Assembly (NCBI RefSeq): GCF_006345805.1
Contig: NC_043012.1
Coordinates: 32,116,001-32,180,000 of the forward strand
Length of the DNA stretch: 64,000 nucleotides
From: Octopus sinensis
Taxonomy: Eukaryota
Reading direction: 5' to 3'
Below are positions 14,201 through 26,200 of this stretch, piece after piece. The position numbers and the translations under genes were made by a program. The notes below the pieces were generated by a model, which was not told the DNA's origin, made no database searches, and saw only the letters and a list, made by a program, of their open reading frames with translations. Each line of letters opens with the position of its first letter. Positions within the stretch are counted from its first letter, which is position 1.

Positions 14201-17200
14201 ACTGCAACTTTGATCTTTAGGCTCTCCAATGCATTTGACTGTTCCTGAAAAAGAAAAGGAGACATAAAAATATTATCAAATTTAGCCCAAACACCCTCCA
14301 CATGTGTGGGTATACATATATAGGTATAGATATATATGCATATGTGTGTGTGTGTTTGTGTCTTGATTATAGTTTCTTAAATTGCTAACTACTTTTGATT
14401 TTCATTAAAACACCAAGAAGCTGTCTTTCAGTTAAGAAAATATATAGTCTTTAAATTCTTAAAAAAATTTATCCGACAGTCTTCTATAAGAGCAAAATTA
14501 CAGACTGTTTCCAGGAATTAGTGGTCAGGCTTTACAAATCCAAGTTTGAGATTACCATGTACACAAGGTGGTGGTGGTTGCTTGTATAATATTTTGTTTC
14601 TTTATATGTTTTCTAAAAAAATTTTTTACATTAGTTTTGAACAGTTTGGAAAACCTGGCTTAGTAAATCAAGATGTTCAAAGGCAAACAATTGAAGCTTT
14701 GCTAACAGGTCCCAACCCACCTGTGGAGAATTGTATGAGACCAGAATTTATCAGACTTGCACCACCATTGCACATTGCTGAAGATGAGGTGAGGTTGTCT
14801 ATGGTTACTGTATTTCTTTAATTGGTAGTTTAAATATCATGTCATCTAATTCAGTGAGAAGAATTATTACTTTATAGAATAACAAGTCAATTAGGTCCTA
14901 GCATGTGAGTCCCTATCCCAATATGAGTGTAGGCATAGCTGTGGTTAAAGAGTTCACTCCAAACTGGCTTGAGGTTTGCAACACTTTCAGTGTCTTCAGT
15001 TATAGCCTTGGATCAAACCAGTACTTTGTGAATGAAATTTAACAGATAGAAACTGTATGGAAACCAATCAAAAGGTGGGTGGGGGTGAAGCAATTACTGC
15101 TATTGTAGAGAAAACTTAATCCAATTCCCAATTTGTAACACCACCGTCTGATACCTATTTTCTTTACTACCCACAAGGGGCTAAACACAGAGGGGACAAA
15201 CAAGGACAGACAAACGGATTAAGTCGATTACATCGACCCCAGTGCGTAACTGGTACTTATTTAATCGACCCCAAAAGGATGAAAGGCAAAATCGACCTCA
15301 GCGGAATTTGAACTCAAAACGTAGCGGCAGACGAAATACTGATAAGCATTTCGCCTGCCGTGCTAATGATTTTGCAAGCATTCAGGCCTGAAATCTCATG
15401 GATGCATGGTCTATAAGAAATAGCAACCAAATTTCTCTCAAATCAAAGTTCATTCTGTTGCAATCATTTGAAATCAGTTTTAGTTGTGGTGAAGCCTTGC
15501 GAAGGGTCATGGGTACTGTTCTTCCTTTCTGACTAATCAGTAAAAGGCAAAAAAAAAAGGGCTTTCCTATCCTTAACATCTAGGTCTTCAGTTGTCTGTA
15601 ACTCACTACTTGTACATGTATTTACCTAATAGTAATAACCTGCAGGAATTCAAGCTGAACATCAAATCTCTTCACCTCTCTAGTTCTGATAAGGCCTTCA
15701 GATAAAAAAAAAATTATTATAAAAAATATGTAAACATTTTTAATCCAACATGAAATCCAAGATGAGAATATATATAATACACCAGTATTTATTACTCTTT
15801 CTAATACCTCAGCAGTTAACAATATCTACAATTACATCAAAACCAAGATTTCTTTAAATTATTGTCTCCAGCCTCTTCTATTATAAGAATAGTTATTTTC
15901 TCCTTTTCTTTAATTCATTAGAAAATCATTAGAAAATTAGGCAGGAAATAACATCACTAGGTGAGACAAGCTGACACTGAATCAGCTTCGCTGACTGACA
16001 GGTGACGGTCGTTCAGAGAATGCGTGGGCTGAGACTACGTGCCTTCACTAGTCAGTTAAGGTGAGACAGTGTCACATGACAACTTGCTGGGGCTGCCTGC
16101 TGGAGCCTAGCGGCAGGTATTTAAAGGGGAAAATTTGACAAGTCAGTCAGTCACCAACTGACACTCGCTGACGATACATCGAAGAGGCTAGGGAACAAAA
16201 GAAAGAAGACATGCACCCAACACTAGAGCTGAAGACACCTCCGAAAAGGGGGGCCCTGCCACGTCAAAACTGTAGAGGAGTAGGGGCCGAAACTGGACGT
16301 GGTTCCTCCTGATGATGTCTTGAGCTAACTGGATCCTATAAAGGAGCTGTTGTGATAGCAGACCACGAAACACGGTTGTAATTCCTAAAGATCTATAGCT
16401 AAAATAGTTTTTAATAATAATAATAATAATGAAATTATTGTATACAGTGATGTTATGAGTGTTAAACATAATCTTAGATTGGTTGCCTCACTGGCAATAG
16501 GTTATATATTTACAATTGTTCCTAATGTGTATAGTTACTGAACTTAGAAGTATTTAAAGAATTGGTTTTTGTCTTCTCATTTTGCACCGTTGAATAATTA
16601 AACTGCTTCCTTGTTTCTTCAGTTTGTTGGTTTGTTTTTGTTTTTAAGCTTGTTTGGATGAATCCTTTTGAAGCTGACTATACTCCTGCCTGGGATACAA
16701 CAATGTGTTCAAGTAGTACAGCTGGAACTGAAGTACGACGCCTCATGAGCTTGGCACTGAAAAGTTCTTTAACTTTACAGCAACAGCAGCAATTAATGGA
16801 TGAATTAGAAAAGGACCCTAAGTTAGTTTACCACATTGGTTTGACTCCAACTAAGGTATGTGGTGTAGTTTTGAGAGAAATCTATTATTCCACATTTACC
16901 ACCAGTTTAGTTGATGGGACAGCCCCGTCATATACATACAGGGCTTGGACAAAATAATGGAAACACCTTGCATCATAGCATCATAATTTTGTGATATCTC
17001 TAAAACCATCAAAAGCTTGTTTATTTTTACGTTTTTTTATTTATTAGTGTTGCTTAATATGTTTTGCTAAAATTGCTGTTTCTTTTCAGATATCAGAAAA
17101 AGGTAATTAAAATTCATTAAAATGACAGATTTATCAGACTTTCAAAGAGGTCAAACTATTGGTGCTCATATGACAGGTGCTAGTGTAACAAAAACAGCCA

Positions 17201-20200
17201 AAATGTTTGGTGTATCAAGAAGTACTGTCTCGAATGTAATGACAGCCTTTGAGAAAAAGGGAAAAACCTTCGTCAAAACAAAACTTTGGAAGAAAACCAA
17301 AACTTTCAGATAGGGACCATTGGACTCTTACGTGAATTGTTAGAAAGGATCACAAAAGTACAGCTCCCAAAATTACTGCAGACCTTAATGACCACCTTGT
17401 GAACTCAGTTTCCACAAGAACTGTTCACCGTGATGCTTCTTAAGTCCAACTTTTCTCTCAGGGTGCTTACACTCTGTCGTGTATGTACACTGACATTACA
17501 TATCCAGCAGAGCATACTGGCTTCATTCCTTGCAAGCATTCACATGTCCTCAGCTGTCATGGCCCATGTTTTACTGTCATGTAGCATGGCTGTTCAGACA
17601 CATGTGTCATGCAGTCTACCTTTTATTCTGAGTGGGAGGCCCTTTGTCACCAGCAGAGGTAAGAGCTCCTTGAACTTTGCCCAGGCTAGTCTTATTCCAG
17701 CAGCTACACTTTCAGAGCATCCACCCCTGCTACTGACTTGGTCACCTAGGTAACGAATGCTATCAACTACTTGTAGTTTTTCTCTTGGAATGTGACAGAA
17801 GCTGTTCTCTGCACATTTTTAGTGTTTATTACTCCTGAGCATTTGCCACATACAAAATCTATCTTCCCAGTTAGCCTTCCTTTGATATTGCTGCACCTCT
17901 TATGTGTCCATAGCTTACACTGGATACATCTTATGGAGTTTCTACCTATGCCTTTTCTACAGATCGAGCAGGGCCATCTGCCTGAAATGATTTGTGGTTT
18001 GTCTGCCTTCCTACTTATTAAGACTTTGGTTTTAGCTAGGTTGACTTTAAGTCTCTTTGATTCTAATCCTTGCTTCCACACCTGAAACCTCTCCTCTAGT
18101 TCCGGTAGTAACTCAGCAATTAAGTTATCCTTTACTCTATTTCCGACCACTGGCCGAGTATACGTGTGGAGACAGCCAAAAGAAGCATTTGACCCAGACT
18201 GCCTTCTTCCTACTGTTAAACATGGAGGAGGATCTATGATGATATGGGTGGGGTGGAGTGGGGGGGACTATATCTTGGAAATCCTCCGGCCCAATGGTTT
18301 CCCTTCATGGCAGAATTATAAGCATTTTATCTGATCAAATTCATCCAATGGTTGTGGAACTGTTTCCGGAAGGAAACACAATCTTTCAGGATGATAATGC
18401 ACCAATTCACACAGCTAAAGTTGTTACTGAATGGCACGAGGAACATTCTAGTGAGGTTGAACATCTTATCTGGCCACCGCAGTCCCCAGATCTCTATTGA
18501 ATATTTATGGTGCATTTAAGAAAGCAAGTAAGGAGTTGATATCCTCCACCATCATTACTACAAGAACTGGAGACTGTTTTAGCTGAAGAATAGACAAAAA
18601 TTCCTTTGGAAACAATTCAAACTTTGTACGAGTCCATACCTCGTAGAATTCAAGGTGTAATTACTGCCAAAGGCAGTCCTACCCCATATTAAAAGGTGGG
18701 GGGGTTGAAATGCATCCACCTCTTAGCATTTAACCTGACAATATCTGGCCTGATTATTCTACCTCTTCTATCTTCAAATCAGCCGGATCCATTTTTCTCA
18801 CACCTATCCTACAATGTAATTCTAAATACATATAATCATATCATTAAAATCTCAAAACTCTGAGATAATGCATGACTAATTCAAAACAATATGAATGAAT
18901 AAGCATTACATTTGACAGAGTAGTTTTTCTGTGATCTTTCAGAATTCTATTTTTATATTCTGGTTCTTGTTTCAGCTTCCAGATCTGGTGGAAAACAACC
19001 CAATCGTGGCCATTGAAGTCCTACTTAAACTAATGGAGTCAAATCAAATTACTGAGTAAGATGATTGTAATTTAACTACAAAATTAATTTTTGTTCTTCC
19101 AAAATTTAATTTTCTTTGATTTTCATTTTATTGTGATTGTGTAGAAATTGCAATAATAAATAACTGGAAATGTGGAGACAATGAAAAATAAAAAGCTATA
19201 ATAGCAATAATGCTCATCACTTGATGAAACAGTAATATAATATTACGGAGATGTACTTGCATAGCAAGTGACTTGATCTGAGATCGTGTGCTGGAATGAA
19301 AACAATTGCAGCGTGGAAGGTGTTTATAATCCATTTAAGAAACACACAGAAACCCTTAGATTCACTTCAACATTTAAATTTAATTTGTCAAAATATTTTT
19401 GCCGCTTTGAGACCGCGACCTGTTCACTGACAAAACTTCGTGCTGCATATAATAACATGTAATAATACGATAGTCATCAATCATCATCAACACTTGATGT
19501 CTGTTTTCCTGTTAGCATGGGTTGGATGGCTTGATAGGAATGGGCAAGGCCTTGCGCCACACCAGGTTCCATATTCTGTTTGGTTTGGTTCCTACAGCTG
19601 GATGCCCTTCCTAATCCCAACTTTACAGAGTGTACTGGGTGCCTTTTACTAGTGCTTTTTTACATGGCACTAGTACTTTTTATGTAGCACCAGCACCAGT
19701 GCTTTTTATGTGATTTCATCATCCATACCAATGCTTTTTACATGGCACCTTGGTTTTAGGACCTCAACTCTCTTGTGGTGTTCAGATCTTAAGTACAGCA
19801 AGGCACCACATCTCGGTCCTCTGTCATCTCCTTCATAAGGCTCAGCATTTTGAGATCAGCCTTCAATCCTTTATCCCATGTTAATACGATAATATAAATA
19901 ATACTGTATTGTGCACCTGATATCAGCACATTTAATAGTTCTTTGTTGTTGAATGGTTTAATCTGGTGATAATTTTAACCATAGCAACTATAGACTGGTT
20001 TAAATAAATGTTGACCTTCATCATCATCCTCACTTAGCATTCACTAGCACTATGACCTGGCAATGCCAGGTCATAGTGCTAGTGCATGCATATACAGCTA
20101 TGTATGTGCGCACATACACGCGAGTACTGTCCAAATGTTTGACCAATCTCATACAGCTAGCTGGCATTCAATTGGCGTATCAAGTTTCAGGCATTTTGAT

Positions 20201-23200
20201 TGGGTTTTGGATAGAAAATTCACAAAAAAGTCACTTCTATTGATTTTTTAATGGCTTTGCAGCGTAACTGGGGAAATGTAAAGATGTGCACGAGCACCCT
20301 TGGGCAGTTTTGAATGACCATAGAAAGTGTGAGCCCTCTAGCTGAAAAATTGTGGATTTGTATAAAGGATACACACACACACATTTTGCCGTTTATATAT
20401 ATAGAGATATTCTATACTGGCACAAGTTGGATGGCTTGATAGGTCAGAGACTGCATTGAGCTCCAGTGTCTGTTTTGACTGACCCCTTAAATCCTTAAGT
20501 AATCCCTTGTTTTTAGATGGATCTGTCTGTGGATGAGTAACACATTTATTTATTCACTTTTGATTATGTTATGTTTCTCTCATGTAAACAACATTAACCC
20601 TTTTGTTACTGTATTTATTTTCAGATGCTCTGTGTTTCTTCCAATTATTTTAAATATAACAAAGAATTTAGTAAAATAACATCATTATAATTAAGCTAGT
20701 TTTACGAACATAAATTGTGACTAAGGTTTAGTGGAAGATTTTGATTCAGAACTTTTGAAAACCAGATATTTGTACTAAAGAGTCAGAGCCGGTTTCAGCC
20801 GGGTTGGTATCGAAAGGGTTAAGCATTTTGAATAGAATTTCAACTTAATTTGTTTCTTAATTTATACTAAATATTTAATAAAATTCACTCCCATCTTTCT
20901 TCATTGTTTGTAACCATTTTCCTTTTTCAACCTACATTTCGTAGGGGTACAACACTGAATTTTTAATATCATTTCTCATCATTGGACAGTGAGCATATAA
21001 TCTAAATTGTTATAAGATATCTTCTTTGACTACATATCTTTTACTTGGTTCAGTCATTGGACTGTGGCCATGTTGGGTCCTTGCCTTTAAGGTTTTAGTT
21101 GAAAAAATTGACCCCATCATCATCATTGTTTAACGTCCATTTTTCCATGCTAGCACGGGTTGGACGGTTTGACTGGGGTCTGGGAAGCCAGAAGGCTGCA
21201 CTAGGCTCCAGTCTGATCTGGCAGTGTTTCTACAGCTGTATGCCCTTCCTAACGCCAACCACTCCGTGAGTGTAGTGGGTGCTTTTTACAAGCCAGTCAA
21301 GGCAGCGCTGGCATCGGCCACGTTCGGATGGTGCTTTTTACGTGCCACCGGCACAGGTATCACAACTGCTATTTCCATTCGATATTTATTTCGATGTTTA
21401 TGTACTTGACTCAATAGGTATCCTTAAGCAATGAATTGGGATGAATTAATAAACAAGTTTATGTACCAGTACTTAATGGTAACTTTTATTTTGAGGTCTT
21501 ATATTCATAGTTTAATAGAATTATAATTTTATTGTGTATTGTATTTTTTTTTATTTTAGGTATTTTTCTGTCCTTGTAAGCATGGAAATGTCTCTTCATT
21601 CTATGGAAGTTGTAAACAGATTAACATCAGTAAGTATCACTATTTTGCTATTTAGCTCTTTTATAATTTCATTTATTTTTTTACAATTCACATGTCAGCT
21701 CTACAAAACATATACAGTCAATAAATTAAAAAGAAGTTTGTATAATAGTTCAGTTTGGACACATTTAATATTTGTTGACTTTGTTTTAAAATAAGTGAGC
21801 ACAGGCAGTGAAGGAGAACTTGGAATAGGACCATGTGGGATGTAATTAACTTTGACTTGCATCATAATCATGGGCAAGTTTATAGAAAAAGGTTATTGTG
21901 CACAGATTAGTTTGATAAAAATATATATTACTAGCACTATGACCCGGCGTTGCCGGGTCATAGTGCTAGTGCATGCATATACAGCTGCGTGCGTGCGCAC
22001 ATACACACAAGTACTGTCCAAATCTCCGACCAATCACATACAGCTAGCTGGCATTCAATTGGCGTATCAAGTTTCGGGCATTTTGATTGGGTTTTGGATA
22101 GAAAATTCACAAACTTTTATACAGCAATGTTAAATACATTTTAACATGTATATAATGTGTTTTACATCTATCTTATATTTCTAGTAAATTTATGAACACA
22201 TTTACTGCTAAAAATCTCTGGGTATATGCCATAGTAAATTTTAGTAGGAAAAATACACACTGCTGGTATGTCAATACTTTGTGTAATAGAACAACTGAAA
22301 ATATGTGTCTGGCTGATTTGGTTATATGCAAAGTAAAATTTAGTTATATGCAGTAAAATATGTAATTGCTGATGAAATCGTATGAATGGTCAAAACTGAC
22401 GTCCAGTCACTTCCTCATTTACTGTCCATGCGAAATTGAATAAATATGACAGGCATTTATGTCTGTCTTATGTAGCTAATAAATTTATTTGATTTACAAA
22501 CTCAGCAATGGCTAAAAACTTTGGTATGATTAATACTAATCTCTTATCTCTATGTATATAAATAGCAAAATGTCTGCATATGTGTCCTTTATACAAATCC
22601 ACAATTTTTCAGTTAGAGGGCTCGCACTTTCTATGGTCATTCAAAACCGTCCAAGGGTGGTCATGCACATCTTTGCATTTCCCCAGTTACCCCACAAAGC
22701 TATTAAAAAGTCAATAGAAATTACTTTTCTGTGAATTTTCTATCCAAAACCCAATCAAAATGCCTGAAACTTGATACGCCAATTGAATGCCAGCTAGCTG
22801 TATGTGATTGGTCAGAGATTTGGACAGTACTCGCGTGTATGTGCGCACACACGCAGCTGTATATGCATGCACTAGCACTATGACCCAGCAACACCGGGTC
22901 ATAGTGCTAGTTAGGGAATATTTGTGAAAAAGCAGATGTCTGTTGAGAAAATAATTGCTGGGAGTAAATTGAATGATTTATTCTATAAATGAGCACTGAA
23001 AATGATAGCTGATCCCTTTGGAAGTAATAAACTGATCTGTGTGGAAATAACAAGTGATTCTTGTGGAAATAATAGCTGATCCATGTGGAATTTAGAGCTG
23101 ATATATCAGGTGATATACTAGAAAAAAGAAAAACATGTGTAAACTTGCTGGTAAAAATAGATGATAATATCGTTTTGCAGGATAAGTACAAGTGAGGAAA

Positions 23201-26200
23201 GGGTTTGTATATTGCTTGAAAGTGTTAAAAGAAGATTTGCATAGAATATACCAAGAGGATGGATATTTATTGCATTGTTAACAAAATATAATAGTAGGCT
23301 GTCTAGGTAGAATCTGGCCAAAAAAACACTATTGTTGAAGTAAATAATAAAACCAGAAAATTTAGAAAGGTATCAATAAAAACTGATGCAGATCAATTTT
23401 TACTGACCAAGCCAGACTCTATTAGCATTGAGAAAACAAGCATTGAAGCATTCCTTTTACGTCTTCCTTTTCCCCCCACTCTACCACTCGTGTTTTTAAT
23501 TTATTTCAGGCCGTAGAACTTCCTTCCGAGTTCATTCATCTTTACATTTCAAATTGTATCACAACCTGTGAAAACATCACTGATCGTTACATGCAAAACC
23601 GGCTGGTTCGATTGGTCTGTGTTTTCCTCCAGTCTCTAATTCGCAACAAGATCATTGACGTAAAGGTAATTAAACTATTTACATTTTGATTTCCTTGTTT
23701 TAATGTTCACTTTTCCAAGCTTGTAAGGAGTCAGACAAAAATCGTTGAAATACACGTTCTATAGCAGAATGCCCTTCTTGTCACCAACCCTCAGCAGTGT
23801 CTTAGCAAGGTATTGTTTTGCTGGACATGCTTCCACAGAAGATTGGAATCAAATGACAATGTACAACAGTGACACTAATTTACAACTGTATGAAATAATG
23901 TCAAAACAATGCTGAAACAATGTGAAATATATCCAAGGTAAATCACAAGAAAACAGACATAAGATAGGGTCATAACTCTGAAATATTGGATGTAGGGTAA
24001 GTCACCATTAATTCATAAGCCCATTTTCTTGTGATTTGCCTTGGATTTATTTCGACGCCCTAGATACAAATAACTACAGGGGTATCAAGCTGCTGGATCA
24101 GGTAATGAAGGTTACGGAGAGGGTTATAGCCCAACTAATTAGAGAGAGAGTTAGCTTAGATGAGATGCAGTTTGGGTTCGTGCCAGGGAAAAGTACTACT
24201 GATGCTATCTTCCTGGTAAGACAGCTGCAGGAGAAATACCTAGCAAAAGACAAGCCCCTATACCTGGCTTTTGTTGATATGGAGAAAGCCTTCGACAGGG
24301 TCCCCCGATCCCTTATCTGGTGGTCAATGAGGAAACTAGGGATAGATGAATGGTTAGTGAGAGCTGTACGAGCCATGTACAGAGACGCTGCTAGTAAGGT
24401 GAGGGTGGGCATCGAGTACAGTGAAGAATTCAGGGTAGAGGTTGGGGTCCACCAAGGGTCAGTCCTCAGTCCCCTCCTATTTATCATAGTCCTCCAGGCA
24501 ATAACGGAGGAATTCAAGACAGGATGCCCCTGGGAGCTCCTCTATGCTGATGACCTTGCTCTAATTGCTGAGTCACTATCAGAACTGGAGGAGAAGTTTC
24601 AGGTGTGGAAGCAAGGTTTAGAATCGAAGGGCCTTAGAATCAACCTAACCAAAACCAAAGTCCTAATAAGTAGGAAGGTAGACCAATCACAAACGCCTTC
24701 AGGTAGATGGCCCTGCTCGATCTGTAGAAAAGGCGTAGGTAGAAACTCTATAAGATGCACCAAATGTAAGCTATGGACACATAAGAGATGTAGTAATGTC
24801 AAAGGAAGACTAGCAAGGAAAATAGTTTTTATCTGTGGCAGATGCTCAGGAGCAATAAACTCTGAAAATGTGAAGAGACCAACTTCTACCACGTTCCAGG
24901 GAGAAAAACTAGAAGTAGTTGATAGCTTCCGCTACCTAGGTGACCAAGTCAGTAGCGGGGGCGGGTGTGCTGAAAGTGTAACTGCTAGAGTAAGAATAGC
25001 CTGGGCAAAGTTTAGAGAGCTCTTACCCCTGCTGGTGACAAAAGGCCTCTCGCTCAAAGTAAAAGGCAGACTGTATGATGCATGTGTACATACAGCCATG
25101 CTACATGGTAGTGAAACATGGGCTGTGACTGCTGAGGATTTGCGTAAGCTCGCAAGAAATGAAGCTAGTATGCTCCAATGGATGTGTAATGTCAGTGTTC
25201 GTAATCGACAGAGTGTAAGTACCTTGAGAGAAAAGTTGGACCCAAGAAGCATCAGTTGTTGTGTGCAAGAGAGACGATTGCGCTGGTATGGTCATGTGGC
25301 GAGAATGGATGAAGATAGGTGTGTGAAAAAGTGCCACACCCTGGCAGTTGAGGGGACCTGTGGAAGAGGTAGACCCAGGAAAACCTGGGACGAGGTGGTG
25401 GAGCACAACCTTCGAACTTTAGGTCTCACCAAGGAAATGACTAGAGACTGAGACCTATGGAAGTATGCTGTGCGTGAGAAGACCCGGCAAGACCAGTGAG
25501 AACAGTCAGAATCAAAATCAAAATGAAAATCAAACCAAATCAAATCAGATATCAGAAAGCAGAACCAAAATTGAGGCCGATCAACATCAGTGGAAGTTGC
25601 AGCTGTGGTTAAGCGAACCATCCGATTGTGGCCGTTTACCAGTTCCGTCTGGCACCTGTGCGGGTGGCACGTAAAAAGCACCCACTACATTCACGGAGTG
25701 GTTGGCGTTAGGAAGGGCATCCAGCCATAGAAACACTGCCAGATCTGACTGGGCCTGATGCAGCCTTCCGGCTTCACAGACCCCAGTTGAACCGTCCAAC
25801 CCATGCTAGCATGGAAAACAGACGCTAAATGATGATGATGATGATATATATAATTTCTTTACTACCCAGAAGGGGCTAAACATAGAGGGGACAAACAAGG
25901 ATAGACGAAGGGATTAAGTCGATTACATCAACCCAGTGCGAAACTGGTACTTTATTTATTGACCCCGAGAGGATGAAAGGCAAAGTTGAACTCAGAACAT
26001 AACGACAGACGAAATACCGCTAAACATTTTGCCCAGCACGCTAACAATTCTACCAGCTCACTGCCTTAATATAATATATATATATAAAACATTGAAATGA
26101 AGCGGAGAGTGGAGATTTTATTCACATCTGAAAACTTCTTTATTTAAAAGTTTTCTACAGCATATGCATCTGACCTACATATGTTTCAACTGCAGTGACT

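Noticed and set aside
13945-14301. 118-aa minus ORF with a good splice acceptor as a nested antisense gene
   Set aside because: It lies between mariner-like TIRs, and other frames give transposase motifs.
16229-16270. Independent hammerhead starting at the first CTGAAGA
   Set aside because: No GAAA directly closes a stem II (AAAAC instead), and there is no matching stem I.
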